From Thermoplasmatota archaeon (GTDB lineage: Archaea; Thermoplasmatota; Poseidoniia; Poseidoniales; Thalassarchaeaceae): DNA of 54,197 nt. The stretch is from positions 1-54,197 of the forward strand of contig JAZADD010000029.1 in the NCBI GenBank assembly GCA_036124005.1, written 5' to 3'. This document shows, in pieces, positions 19,424-30,800 of this stretch. The number at the start of each line of letters is the position of its first letter. Position 1 is the stretch's first letter. The translations under genes and the position numbers were made by a program. Under the pieces are notes generated by a model, which saw only the letters and a program-made list of their open reading frames with translations, was not told where the DNA came from and did not search any database.

Positions 19424-19526
19424 AGTGTGTGGGATGAAGGTTCAGAACATCATTCTGAGGGTCCAGAATCGCCGAACATAGCGAATCGTTGATGTATCTC
19501 GGCCGTGGGCACTCGGCCGTTGGTAT

Positions 19527-22500
19527 GTGTTGAGTATGGAAACCTACTTGCGAGATTGCATCGAAGCCAGCCGTCGCGCAGGTGAAGATCCGAATTCTCG
19601 TAGCCGTCAACTTGTGAACCATCCGTCTTTCACTCTTCTCGATAAGGCATGGAAGCCGCTGGCAATGGCCATAGCTCAGAAAGAAGAACCACGTAATCCA
19701 GAAGAGGAGACTCAGGTTAAGGCAACCCGCCGACGAGGCGTTCGTCGACGAGGTGCACGTGGAGCGAGTGGAATTGAAGCATTTCTTGAGCCTATAGATG
19801 CGATTCGAAAATCGTCAGAGAGTCCAGCATACCGCCTCGCAGTTTTATTGATTCACAAAGGACGCGATTCAAAGACATGGAAGGCTGAAGACGATTCACT
19901 CATCGATGAATTACGATCTACTTGCAATTCTGGAGTTCATCCAGTATGGGCACTGGCAGCAAGGGAGTGTCCACTAATCGCAATGCTTGGTGCTTTTCCG
20001 AGCACGACTCCACAAATCAATGAGGAAAAGCAATCTCTAGATTGGATAGGGGGTCTAAGGAGAGACCCATCAGATCTCGAAGGTCTAGGCATCTGGTTAG
20101 AGACTGTAGAGCACTTTGAATTGGATTCCCAATCTATTCTTGAATTACAACGCCTTGCGAAAGGCCTCCAAGGCCGAATTCGTTTAACGCAAATTCGCAA
20201 AGATACTCCAAAGATACTGAGTACATCTTCAACCCCTTCTCTTGTTCTCATCGACGCTCTCCTTTATCTTGCATCAAATCAACCCCATTTAGCAGTGAAA
20301 CGAATTGCAGAAGCGAATATCAAGGACAAAAATCTACAATCCATTTCTAATGATTTACATTGTTTTGCAAGTCTGCAATCTGGCAATCTTGATGCCTGGA
20401 TGGATTGTGCATGTGTAACTGAGACTGATGATTTGTCTTTAGCGATGTTAACTACAGCGTGGACAAATCCAATTGAACGGGATCTTGAATTGTCCACTAT
20501 AGAGTCAGGAATTTTCCATCTTGAGAAAAACAAGTTACGAATTCCAGATTCACTTCAGTGGATGCTCATTCGCGCTCTTGCTGCTAAAGGAGATATTGAA
20601 GAGGCAACGAAACTCATCATGGATGCTAAGATAGAAGATTCAACATCTTTCATGGCAGCATCTCGTATGGCTAAAGGCCATGAAATGCTTGTTGAGCGTT
20701 TGTGTGGGCTAGCAATCAATTATGACGTCAACACCTGGTCTAGTATCGTTATTGACAAAGAAATCCCAATACAGATTAGAGTATGTTGCGCGACTCTTCT
20801 CTCTCAATATCAGTTGGATTCATCAATACTTTCTCAGGTAATTGAAATCCTAGTAAATGGAAACGATATCGAATCCTTAGCCCAGATAATTTACAAGAAT
20901 CAGATTCAAGGGAATGAACACCCCTATCCTATCTTACTCACCTCATCACTTGCTCCAGCAAATCTTCCGATAGAGGTACTTTCTTGGATTCAAGAACAGG
21001 CGATAGAGGCGCATGACATTGTTGAATCCACCGATCCCCCCTCTTATCTTTCGATTAATGAGGCAGCACTAATCCGTCTACTTGATGGCGCTCGAGCTGA
21101 TCTTGATGAGATTCAGGGACGTCTTCCAGAGAGTGGCTCAGAAGTCCTTCGAGAGGCTAGACGTGCCTTGATGGATGGTGGAGATGGCTTAGTCCGAGAG
21201 CAACGAGTAGATGCGCTAGAACTTTCTCTCGACGAGGCGAATCTCCCTTCTCTCGAACGTGCTCTTTTCCTTGCAATCGTTGACCTACTCCGAATGAATC
21301 GTGTAAGCAACGATGTACAGATGACTGATTTGCCGCGAAAAGATCGAGCATATACGATTCTGGACACTCTTATCTCAAATCGTTTCAGCGCCCGTTTCTT
21401 TCCTCTTGTAATGGATTTGATTATGGAGCACGAAGTACCTTCGTCGGAACTCGTTTCATGGCTTCAAACTCATCTTCCTCGTTCTGAATGGGCCCCGGTA
21501 GCCAATGCAGCAATCTATGTTCGTGAAGGCCGACATCTCGATGCGGCTCGCCTTTACAAGCAAGCAGCACCCCGCTTCCAAAATCCACCCCATAGGGATT
21601 TTGAACGAGCAACGTTACTCTATCGTAAGGCTTTGATTAATTTCGCACTTTCAAAGCGGTGGTCAGAGGCGGTTGCTCTTCTCGATGAACACGAGGAATT
21701 AGCAGCTACAATCACATCTCGATTTCAACTCTATCTGAAGGTCTCCTATGCTTTTGATAAGATGCCTAAATCAGGGGCTAGAAGCAACCGCTCCCGCAAT
21801 TTACCTAAGCACCTGATTCTTGATTTCGCTGACTCTCGCCTTCCATCTGTTGAGGCAGACACATCAGATGACGATGGCGCAAAGAAAAGGGAGCGTGAAC
21901 GTCGAAAAGAAGACATCATTGAGTCTCTAATGGCCTATCCTTCTTCGCGTAGTTTGCCAGAGGAACCATTTATTGGAAGAGTTCGTGCAGCATTGAACCA
22001 TATTCAACGTATAACATCGTCACGACGATACCACATCGAAACACGTTTCCGTAATGCCTTGAATGATTTCGCCCGCCCTCAGGAGGTGGCCGGAATTGCA
22101 TTGGAGGTTGCACCCGAGGATCCCCTCCGTGCATTGAGAATGATGGAGCACGCAATCAATGTTAGTTCACATTACAGTGGCCGCGAACAAGCCTCATTGA
22201 AGGCCGCAATGCATGCAATGTATCAGCAACATGAGAACCAAATTCCAGTCAAAGAACGACGAGGTTTCAATTCACTAGAACTCCCTCCCCTCATTGTTAT
22301 TGACACAAACCTCCTTCTCGATGGTCTCGCATCAGAGATACTTCGGCGGATAGCGGTGGATAGAAATGGTTTGGTGAATCCAAACTCATCTTTGATGTTC
22401 CACCAAATTCTTCGCCATCATCGTGGGAATACGAATCGAATCCGGACCTTTGTACCATCTACTGCTCTAAATGAGTTCAGATCACGAATTATGAATGCCG

Positions 22501-23018
22501 AAACTGGCGAATATGATCCAAGAAGAGCGCTGAGTCTCATCTACAATATCCGTCGGCATATCAATCTCGATGCATATCATGCCATCATCACACCCCAGGT
22601 GCTTGAAGAAATTCATCTTGATATTCTTGAAGAGTTCAGAGATTGGACAGTACCCGCGGAGGATGGATTCCATGAGGCAGTCCTTGCTCAAACTACAGAT
22701 GTCATAAATTTCTTGCAAACACATCGTTCGATATACAAACAAGTAACGATATTCAAGGCCCGTCGAGGAGGCGCAGATAAGAGAACCATTCTAACAGAAG
22801 ACGGGATGGAAATATCAGAAGCAGGAATTTTCCCCGAACCAGGTGACCTTGACATTATGAAGACAGCAACGAAACTGGCATCTGACTGCCTTGAACGGGT
22901 GGGGGCTGTCGTCATTGCCACCCGTGATTCTGACTTTACCCTACTTGCTCGTGCACTTGAGGAAACACTAGGAGTAGGTGTTGCGAAGAATGCCATTGAG
23001 TTGGAACAGTGGTTGTGA
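19527..23018 (+). CDS. Large (1163 aa) helical-repeat protein with an Arg-rich N-terminal patch and a C-terminal PIN-like nuclease domain
   Basis: Long uninterrupted ORF (GTG 19527, ATG 19536). RRRGVRRRGARG lies at 19725..19760. The middle region is alpha-helical/TPR-like. The C-terminus carries LIVIDTN, ALNEF, PGDLDIM and ATRDSDF acidic motifs typical of PIN. Confidence 0.75.
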   Translation: MLSMETYLRDCIEASRRAGEDPNSRSRQLVNHPSFTLLDKAWKPLAMAIAQKEEPRNPEEETQVKATRRRGVRRRGARGASGIEAFLEPIDAIRKSSESPAYRLAVLLIHKGRDSKTWKAEDDSLIDELRSTCNSGVHPVWALAARECPLIAMLGAFPSTTPQINEEKQSLDWIGGLRRDPSDLEGLGIWLETVEHFELDSQSILELQRLAKGLQGRIRLTQIRKDTPKILSTSSTPSLVLIDALLYLASNQPHLAVKRIAEANIKDKNLQSISNDLHCFASLQSGNLDAWMDCACVTETDDLSLAMLTTAWTNPIERDLELSTIESGIFHLEKNKLRIPDSLQWMLIRALAAKGDIEEATKLIMDAKIEDSTSFMAASRMAKGHEMLVERLCGLAINYDVNTWSSIVIDKEIPIQIRVCCATLLSQYQLDSSILSQVIEILVNGNDIESLAQIIYKNQIQGNEHPYPILLTSSLAPANLPIEVLSWIQEQAIEAHDIVESTDPPSYLSINEAALIRLLDGARADLDEIQGRLPESGSEVLREARRALMDGGDGLVREQRVDALELSLDEANLPSLERALFLAIVDLLRMNRVSNDVQMTDLPRKDRAYTILDTLISNRFSARFFPLVMDLIMEHEVPSSELVSWLQTHLPRSEWAPVANAAIYVREGRHLDAARLYKQAAPRFQNPPHRDFERATLLYRKALINFALSKRWSEAVALLDEHEELAATITSRFQLYLKVSYAFDKMPKSGARSNRSRNLPKHLILDFADSRLPSVEADTSDDDGAKKRERERRKEDIIESLMAYPSSRSLPEEPFIGRVRAALNHIQRITSSRRYHIETRFRNALNDFARPQEVAGIALEVAPEDPLRALRMMEHAINVSSHYSGREQASLKAAMHAMYQQHENQIPVKERRGFNSLELPPLIVIDTNLLLDGLASEILRRIAVDRNGLVNPNSSLMFHQILRHHRGNTNRIRTFVPSTALNEFRSRIMNAETGEYDPRRALSLIYNIRRHINLDAYHAIITPQVLEEIHLDILEEFRDWTVPAEDGFHEAVLAQTTDVINFLQTHRSIYKQVTIFKARRGGADKRTILTEDGMEISEAGIFPEPGDLDIMKTATKLASDCLERVGAVVIATRDSDFTLLARALEETLGVGVAKNAIELEQWL
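22278..23015 (+). other. PIN-like domain (with a large insertion) at the C-terminus of the 1163-aa protein
   Basis: Four acidic motifs appear in PIN order: VIDTN, NEF, GDLD, TRDSDF. Boundaries are approximate. Confidence 0.55.
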
Positions 23019-23019
23019 A

Positions 23020-23916
23020 ATGTCTCGTATCGATATTCAAGTGGAAGCAAATAGCGACCTACTCAGCATTCTCCGAATAGTCCACGATAACACAACGAGT
23101 AATCGTCTAAGACGTATGATCGATGACGGCCGCGTACACATCGATGGAGAAGTATGCCGAGTCGCCCGAACTCCAGTGGTAATCGGACAGAAGGTTTCGA
23201 TTCTCCCTCGTGCGCAGGGGGATGCCCCAAAGCGTCAATCTCGAAGCTCACTTGAACTACCAATAATTCTCTACGAAGACGATTGTTTACTGGTGGTTGA
23301 AAAACCTGCAAGCCTCTTGTCTGTTGCAACGTCTAAGGGTAAGGAAAAAGATACGATGCATGCCCGGGCATTCGAATATACTGCAATTGAAGGAGGCCGG
23401 GTGTTCATTGTCCACCGCTTAGACCGAGAGACTTCTGGATGTATGCTATTTGCAAAGGATGAACGGACTAAACAACATCTTCAGGAACAATTCGCAGATC
23501 GTTCTATTCAGCGAATTTATCATGCAATACTACTCGGTCATCTACCAGAGGATACAGGTCTTGCTAGAGATTGGATTCAAGAGTCTAAAGATCTCCGGGT
23601 AAGAATCGCTCCACATCGTAATGTTGCAAATGCAAAGGAGGCGATTACACATTGGAAAGTTGAGGATACATCAGAAACGCACACTCTCGCACGCCTTGAT
23701 ATTCGAACCGGACGAAGAGCCCAAATTCGCCTCCAGATGGCTGCACGTAACGCGCCAGTCGTTGGTGATACCATGCATGGACAAGGTCGAGCCAAAACCG
23801 GCCGTCTTTGTTTACATGCTTCATCATTGAGATTTATTCATCCGAATGGAGAAACTCTACAAGTCAAATCTGAGATTCCGAATATATTTCGTCGTGTTAT
23901 GAAGCGTGGTCATTGA
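23020..23916 (+). CDS. RluA-family (RluD/RluC-like) pseudouridine synthase with an N-terminal S4-like domain
   Basis: Catalytic motif HRLDRETSGCMLFAK. N-terminal RLRRMIDDGRVHIDGEV is S4-like. The ATG lies 1 nt after the upstream stop codon. Confidence 0.85.
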   Translation: MSRIDIQVEANSDLLSILRIVHDNTTSNRLRRMIDDGRVHIDGEVCRVARTPVVIGQKVSILPRAQGDAPKRQSRSSLELPIILYEDDCLLVVEKPASLLSVATSKGKEKDTMHARAFEYTAIEGGRVFIVHRLDRETSGCMLFAKDERTKQHLQEQFADRSIQRIYHAILLGHLPEDTGLARDWIQESKDLRVRIAPHRNVANAKEAITHWKVEDTSETHTLARLDIRTGRRAQIRLQMAARNAPVVGDTMHGQGRAKTGRLCLHASSLRFIHPNGETLQVKSEIPNIFRRVMKRGH

Positions 23917-24602
23917 GAAATCCGTTGCCAGACGCCAACATATCGATCAATATCTGGCCAATCTTCAAGCACAATTGCTTGGAAAATTACCACCTCTAAC
24001 GAAGAGAACCGTTCCATGAGCCATTTCCTAGAAAGTGGCCAAGGCAGAGTCGATACCTCCTCAGTTCGATTTGTTGCTTCTCGACCGATACTGATTAGGC
24101 GCCCCCCTGGTTTGAGTAATGTTGGCAGTACCTTTGCAGCCTCCTCCCTTATTTCAACAGGTATTGCTTGCAAGATGTGGATTTCTATTACTAAATCGAA
24201 ATTTTCAATCCACTTTTCAGGAGGTTTGGTAACATCTTCAACTTCCCAATGTACTGATGAGTTTGGAAATCGTTCTTTGCACCAAGCTATGCAAGAATCT
24301 GACAGATCGAAAGCAACAACTTCCCAACCCATTTTTTCTAGATATATGGCATCATCACCAAGTCCGCAGCCTACCATTAGTGCACGACCCGGTGCAAGAC
24401 TCTCGCGTTCTAACTCATCTTTTAGAATTGGATTGACGCCCATTCTTGCCCATGGAATCAGCGCTGAATCTCCTTCAGCACTAGCATACAGATCTTCGAA
24501 CCAACGTAGTGGTTCTCCATCATTTTCAGCAGCTATCGATAAGGCTTGCAAGCGCAGTTTGACCTCATCATCCTCTTGCCTTTCAGCCCAATCATCATCC
24601 AT
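23910..24602 (-). CDS. Class I SAM-dependent methyltransferase
   Basis: Motif I ALMVGCGLGDDAIYL followed by VVAFDLS (acidic motif II). Confidence 0.75.
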   Translation of the reverse strand: MDDDWAERQEDDEVKLRLQALSIAAENDGEPLRWFEDLYASAEGDSALIPWARMGVNPILKDELERESLAPGRALMVGCGLGDDAIYLEKMGWEVVAFDLSDSCIAWCKERFPNSSVHWEVEDVTKPPEKWIENFDLVIEIHILQAIPVEIREEAAKVLPTLLKPGGRLISIGREATNRTEEVSTLPWPLSRKWLMERFSSLEVVIFQAIVLEDWPDIDRYVGVWQRISQ

Positions 24603-24608
24603 ACAGAT

Positions 24609-25940
24609 TCACCTAGGATCTAAGAGGTTACAAATGGCCTCATCTATTGATTCCAGTTTTAGATTTGATTGAGTGGTATGGCCATCAACTAATCGTTTGA
24701 TTTCGATATTACCCGCTTCAATATCCCGTTCACCGATAATCATGACTAAATCAACACCAATTCCATTCGCCCAGCGCATTGCTCGTTTGAGGCCCCTGTC
24801 TCGAACTTCAAGGTGGATAATATGGCCTTTGTTTCGAAGACCTCCTACGATCGGAAGTACCTGTCTATTTACCTCGCCAAGAGGGATTACAGCGATTTGA
24901 CCTTGGCTTTGTTTCTGAATACTAACACCCTCATTTTCCATCGCTAACAATACTCTATCAAAACCCAAACCAAATCCACAACATGGATCCAAGTCAGGCT
25001 GACCGAATAGATGCATCAGACTGTAAGACCCTCCACCGAGGACTTGACTCTCTCCCCGAAGGGAAGGGACGTGAAATTCAAACACCATTCCAGTGTAGTA
25101 ATCTAGGCCACGAGAAATAGTAAAGTCAATTTCGAGATTTGGAGGAGCAGGTGCTAGATCTTCGAGGGCATCAATAGTTGCCTGAAAATTATCCAATTCG
25201 TTTTGGTCAAATGCTTTTCGTGCAGTTTCAATAGCTTCAGTGTTACCTTGCGCAAGAATGAAATTCTCCAAGTTTTCAGTCGCCGAGGTTGGAGATTTTT
25301 CTGTGAAAGTTGAATCATAGGGGTTGTGCCTCATTTGCAAATCCCAGAAATCATCCAACGCCTCCTGTGACTGTCTCGCTTTGTCAAGAAGGCGCATTAA
25401 TTCTTCAACATCACAATCGTCTGTAGTATAATGATCCAGTATCGATCGAAGAATGCCAACATGTCCTATTCTGACAGTCCAGTCTTGTAATCCTGTAGCC
25501 TGCATCATCCGGATAGCGAGTGCTATTACTTCTGCCTCAACCAGTGGTCCAGAAGCTCCAATGTGTTCGATACCGTATTGGTAGAATTCCCTGTACCGTC
25601 CCTTTTTGGATTCTTCATATCGGAAACATTGCCCGAAGTACGATAATCGAAGTGGTTTGGCATCTGCACGCATTGAATCCGCAACCATTCGCATAACGGG
25701 GGCTGTTAATTCGGGACGGAGCGTGAGGTCGCGATCCGATCGATCCTTGAATGCATACAACTGATTGACAACCTCAGGCCCAGATTTTGCTGTGAATAAA
25801 TCAAGACGTTCGAAGATTGGTGTTTGTACCCGATTATATCCATGAGAATTGGCTACGTTATCGAGCTCATGCTCTAGACCCAAACGCTCTGCCATTTCTT
25901 TCACACCGAAGTCACGTGTACCTCGGGGGCGCTCAACCAT
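24609..25940 (-). CDS. hisS: Histidine--tRNA ligase
   Basis: RGTRDF N-terminal block and class II motif 2 region CFRYEESKKGRYREFYQYGIEHIG, plus GGGSY and GFGLGFDR blocks. Confidence 0.92.
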   Translation of the reverse strand: MVERPRGTRDFGVKEMAERLGLEHELDNVANSHGYNRVQTPIFERLDLFTAKSGPEVVNQLYAFKDRSDRDLTLRPELTAPVMRMVADSMRADAKPLRLSYFGQCFRYEESKKGRYREFYQYGIEHIGASGPLVEAEVIALAIRMMQATGLQDWTVRIGHVGILRSILDHYTTDDCDVEELMRLLDKARQSQEALDDFWDLQMRHNPYDSTFTEKSPTSATENLENFILAQGNTEAIETARKAFDQNELDNFQATIDALEDLAPAPPNLEIDFTISRGLDYYTGMVFEFHVPSLRGESQVLGGGSYSLMHLFGQPDLDPCCGFGLGFDRVLLAMENEGVSIQKQSQGQIAVIPLGEVNRQVLPIVGGLRNKGHIIHLEVRDRGLKRAMRWANGIGVDLVMIIGERDIEAGNIEIKRLVDGHTTQSNLKLESIDEAICNLLDPR

Positions 25941-25946
25941 GCACGT

Positions 25947-26540
25947 CTACTTTGGACTAGGGTTCATCAGCCTTCGTCCACGGAGCATTAGGAGATATAA
26001 CAAGACAGAACCAACTACGAATGCAGCAGATTTCCAATAGGAATCGATTGTTTCCCAAGAGAGAAATTCGTATGTGGTGTTTATTTCGAGGATTACAACT
26101 CTATACCAATCGATTACAACATAGATTAGGGCAATTCCTCCACCTATGAGGCCATGCCACCACAAAGGGCCTTTTTCTGAGCGCTTCCATTCCATTAACA
26201 AGATTATCTGAGGAACGATATGGGATATTGAAAGTGCAACAACCCATCCGATTGAAATTACAGGAAAGTAAACCCTAGCAAATGCAAACCAAAATCCGAT
26301 CATAGTTCCAAATGCCAAACAAATAGCTGCACCAAGGGTAACATCAGCCCCTTTTCGAATCAGATTATTTTCAGGCCAGTAGCTATGTAGAAAAGCAAGA
26401 ACTACAGAAAGAGTGGCTAGTTCAATCGACCACTGAGTAGCATAGAGGTAGAGATACCTTGGGCCATTGAGATAGACGGGAGCAACCATCATTGGTAGCA
26501 TGATAGCAATCGAGATTAGGCGAACCCGTTGCTTTTCCAT
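25947..26540 (-). CDS. Hypothetical multi-pass membrane protein
   Basis: ORF 25947..26591. The internal Met at 26540 avoids overlap with the icd stop. Six hydrophobic helices. Confidence 0.5.
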   Translation of the reverse strand: MEKQRVRLISIAIMLPMMVAPVYLNGPRYLYLYATQWSIELATLSVVLAFLHSYWPENNLIRKGADVTLGAAICLAFGTMIGFWFAFARVYFPVISIGWVVALSISHIVPQIILLMEWKRSEKGPLWWHGLIGGGIALIYVVIDWYRVVILEINTTYEFLSWETIDSYWKSAAFVVGSVLLYLLMLRGRRLMNPSPK

Positions 26541-26556
26541 AGTAGGACTCAATGAT

Positions 26557-27843
26557 TCACATGTATGAGATGATTGCCGTACCAAATTCACTACATTTCA
26601 GAAGCGTAGCATCATCCATTAGTCGTTCAAAATCGTAAGTTACGGTTTTAGCTGAAATCGCTCCTTCCATTCCTTTCACTATGAGATCAGCAGCCTCTCC
26701 CCATCCCATGTGACGCAGCATCATTTCAGCGGATAGAATTAGTGAACCAGGGTTCACTTTGTCCTGTCCGGTATACTTCGGTGCCGTACCATGGGTTGCT
26801 TCGAAGATTGAAATCCCAGTGTCGTAGTTGATATTCGCTCCTGGAGCAATTCCAATTCCACCAACTTGAGCAGCAAGCGCATCAGAGATGTAGTCGCCAT
26901 TGAGGTTCATCGTTGCGAGTACAGTATACTCTCTTGGCCTAGTTAGGACTTGTTGGAGCATAGCATCCGCAATCACGTCTTTGATTACAATTGTGTTACC
27001 AGTCCTTGGATTCTTGAGAGTACACCATGGCCCACCATCAAGCTCTTCTGCTCCAAATTCTTCCTTTGCAAGAGAGTAACCCCAGTCCCTGAATCCCCCT
27101 TCAGTGAATTTCATGATATTTCCTTTATGGACTAGAGTAACACTCGGCTTGTCTTCATCAATTGCGTACTGAATAGCCGCTCGAACAATACGCGCAGTCC
27201 CCTCTTTGCTAATTGGTTTGATACCGATACCCGAGGTCTCTGGAAACCGAATTTTATCCACACCCATTTCATTCTGCAGGAATGCGATGACTTTCTGAAC
27301 CTCTGCTGAACCGGCTTCCCATTCAATACCAGCATAGACATCTTCACTATTCTCACGGAAAATGATCATGTCTACAGATCCAGGGTCACGCACCGGACTT
27401 GGCGTCCCAGAGTACCAGCGCACAGGTCGCACACATGCGTACAAATCCAACTTTTGTCGAAGAGCTACATTGAGACTACGAATTCCACCGCCAACAGGAG
27501 TAGTAAGCGGCCCCTTGATTGAAACAAGGCCAGTTCGGATTGCGTCTAGAGTAGCTTCGGGGAGCCATTCGCCAGTGGTGTTGAAAGCCTTCTCTCCAGC
27601 GAGAACTTCATTCCATACAATCCCCTTTTCACCAGCGTAAGCCTTCTCGACAGCAGCATTGACGACATTAATCATCACAGGCGTAATATCGATTCCAATA
27701 CCATCTCCTTCGATGTAGTGCACAATCGGATTATTTGGCACACTCAATTGCCCATTCTGCATAGTAATCGCATCTCCATCGCGGCTCATGTCCGAGGCAT
27801 CATTGCCTTGTTCATCAATGAACCGCCTAAGGTGATGGGTCAT
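26557..27843 (-). CDS. icd: NADP-dependent isocitrate dehydrogenase
   Basis: [30 protein letters not shown] and [21 protein letters not shown] closely parallel bacterial Icd. An alternative start at 27789 ([13 protein letters not shown]) fits Icd N-termini better. Confidence 0.92.
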   Translation of the reverse strand: MTHHLRRFIDEQGNDASDMSRDGDAITMQNGQLSVPNNPIVHYIEGDGIGIDITPVMINVVNAAVEKAYAGEKGIVWNEVLAGEKAFNTTGEWLPEATLDAIRTGLVSIKGPLTTPVGGGIRSLNVALRQKLDLYACVRPVRWYSGTPSPVRDPGSVDMIIFRENSEDVYAGIEWEAGSAEVQKVIAFLQNEMGVDKIRFPETSGIGIKPISKEGTARIVRAAIQYAIDEDKPSVTLVHKGNIMKFTEGGFRDWGYSLAKEEFGAEELDGGPWCTLKNPRTGNTIVIKDVIADAMLQQVLTRPREYTVLATMNLNGDYISDALAAQVGGIGIAPGANINYDTGISIFEATHGTAPKYTGQDKVNPGSLILSAEMMLRHMGWGEAADLIVKGMEGAISAKTVTYDFERLMDDATLLKCSEFGTAIISYM

Positions 27844-30800
27844 TCGTCGCAGTCAAGAAAGGCCATCGGTGTGGTATCGTTAACACTGAATGCCGGGTCA
27901 TGGAAGAATGAACCGTCTTCCTGCTGCCACCACCAACGACCCTCTGGGTCAATGTAAGCGGTGTGTCCTGTAGACTGATCGTACACCCCACCACTGACGA
28001 GATGGTTGTAATCTGGGACATGCAAAGTTTCTGCTTGATGTTGAGTGGTGTGCGCCAATTCTGAATCGTTTAATTCATCTTCTGAATCTTCTTCCACATC
28101 TTCATCGGTAAGGCCTTGTGCTCGTAATCGAATTGCAAGCATGACTGTGAAAATCAATAGAGATACGATGGCGAGAGCCAAAATCAGGCCTTGTAGTGTG
28201 TTGACCCATCCATTTCCTTTTGATTCTGGATTTTCATTGTCCAGTGTTTCGATGTTTTCAGATTCATCTGGGGGCGCATCGATTTGAAATTGCAAAACAG
28301 TCTGCAAATTTGCCCCATCCGTCACGCGAACAAATAATTCTGTATTGTTCCAATCCCACCACAAAATCAAACCATCTTCCCTATGTGTATTCCAAGTTAA
28401 ATTATCATCAGACCACTCAATGCTTGATGGCCCACTCCCGAACCCATCATCAATCGTCAACTCAACAAACAATTGAGGTATTGGCGAGCGTGAGGCATTG
28501 AGATGCTCAATGGAAACTATCGGTACGTTTCTATCAACACGAATCCAAGTTGCATTCACGGATCCGATGTTTCCTGCTTCGTCGACGGCTCGAACCTCAA
28601 ACGAATATCGACCATCCATGAACATCGTCAGATTCACAATCGATTCATTTTGTGTTACTGGAGCCCACAAACCACCTGCCCATCGGACTTCATAGTGTGA
28701 AATTCCAGACAGATCATCAGCAACAGGTTGCCAATAAATCGTGAGTTCATCAGCGTATTCCCATCCATCCATCGGAGTGATTTGAGGTGCTGGAGGTGGA
28801 TTCAAATCTGTCTCAATACTTGCATTTGCCGTGACGAATTTCAATTGATAGGGGCCACCAGGCATTGCTGGATCCCAAGTAACTCGAATGTGGTACAACA
28901 ATCCAACACCATCAAAATCATTGTTCAATGCTGAAATTGTCACCCACCGGACATCATCATCGACAATTCCTTGCCCAAGTGCACCTGAACCATTCAGTAC
29001 GGTGATATCTAGATGTGCACCTTCAGCACTCAATGCAATAGACGTTCTGTTTCCTGAATCGATGACAACCGCATACCAGTCGACTACATCTAAACCGATT
29101 AGACAACCATCTAACGTGAGATTTGCATTCGCGCCCAAATGATGTGCTGACGAACGTGTCGACGCTGCATCCGATTCAAAGCCACCATCGGTTTGCGGAT
29201 TATCACATCCAGAGAGCGTCTCACCTGCTGGAGGAGGGCTGCTTGAATCAATCATGAATGTTGAATTAGATATACGAATATTGTTTGATTCATCATCCTC
29301 ATAGTGCTCATCTCCAGAATCAATGACTAGAACAACCCACCAAACACCATCTATATCGCCAACCAAATTGACAACTTGTGAATCGGCGATGGTTGAGCCA
29401 CCCAACAGTGTTGGTACTCGAGATTGTGAAAGGCGGATGTCTCCACTTCCCAATGCACGATCTTGAGAAAGCCAAATCTCGATGTCGAAACCGAGGGAAC
29501 CTTGACCCAGATTCTCGACCCCCCATCCAATCGATACCGTCTGTCCAGGTTCGGCCGAAAGTGGTGGTTCAATCCATGCGGCTAGAAGGTCGAGGGCCGG
29601 TGCTGAAATCGTGAAGGAGGTGCTTGCAGCTACATTGTTCGACTCGTCGTCCTCTTCGATCTCAGATGCTGTGTCGACAATAACAACCCAGTGAAAATCT
29701 CCAATATGTTGACCGGGGATGATGATATTTCGTACAATATTAGCCGAAGAACCACTAGTTAACGGATCAACTCGAAAACTGTCCACTTGTGTGTCATCGG
29801 TTCCCGACTGGGCATCAAGTGATAACAACAGATGTGCAGTGAAAGAAGGAGCATCAGAACCACCTATATTGCTGAGATTGATGAATACGGTACTCGATTG
29901 GCCACTCACGGCATTGTTGGAATAGCCTATTGAATCGATTACAATATCCGCTTGTTCTAAGCAAAACTGTCCACTCGATGGGATTGCATTGTTTGTTTCA
30001 TCCATCTCTACAATCGAGTTGTTTGGGTCGACAAGAATACCCCAATACCAACAACCATCTCCGAGATTGGATGGGATGCCAAGGTTAACTGATCCTGACC
30101 ATGCAGCACTTTGTGCAATGGGGCCAGTCACATCTGAACCGACCAGCACATCGTTTCCGACTCCACTGATTGAAGAATCACTGGAAAGATAGATGCTGTA
30201 ATCGACACTGGCGACATCCTCCAATCCGATATTTGAAATTTGAACGGAAACCTGTGCCGTTCCACCCCGAACACCTGATGCTGGCCCAGATATAGACGTG
30301 GGTTCCAGATCGGGAGCACAATCGATTACAGTCAATTGGGCACTGTTTGTGGCTACGATGTTGTTGTTTTCGTCGGATTCTGAAATATAGTCTCCATAAT
30401 CCACGTAGAGGCCGACATAGTATGTGCCTGGCGCGATAGTCGTCGGTAGGGTTGCCTGAATATTTGAGTGCGTGTAGGATGGGACATTTGCTGCTCCACT
30501 TGCATATCCAAGAGAGGTGCCAGTATAGATTGCTGAAACGGAATTTCCAGTCGAGACTAGGACTTCATAATAGTGAGAGCCCGCATTATCAGTACCCAAA
30601 TTGGTTACACTCAATGTGATGTAAATATCCGAACCTTCGCAAACTTGACGATATCCAGAATCTACTGAAATCGAGGTTGCCTCCAAATCGTAATCTGGAA
30701 CTGTGATGTAGAGTGAATTTCCTACTTCGATGTTATTGGTCTCATCACCTTCCGACACTCGACTAGTAGAATCTACAATGATTCCGAAATAATAGGTCCC

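Noticed and set aside
24016-24672. 218-aa ORF on the plus strand covering the whole methyltransferase gene in antisense.
   Set aside because: The product is Ser/Pro/Arg-rich and low in complexity, as expected from reading the antisense of a D/E-rich gene. The minus-strand ORF has clear SAM-methyltransferase motifs. There is no independent support.
27840-27843. ATGA overlap suggesting translational coupling of the giant CARDB protein with icd.
   Set aside because: An internal Met at 27789 ([13 protein letters not shown]) aligns better with known Icd N-termini. The overlap may therefore be an artefact of choosing the longest ORF.
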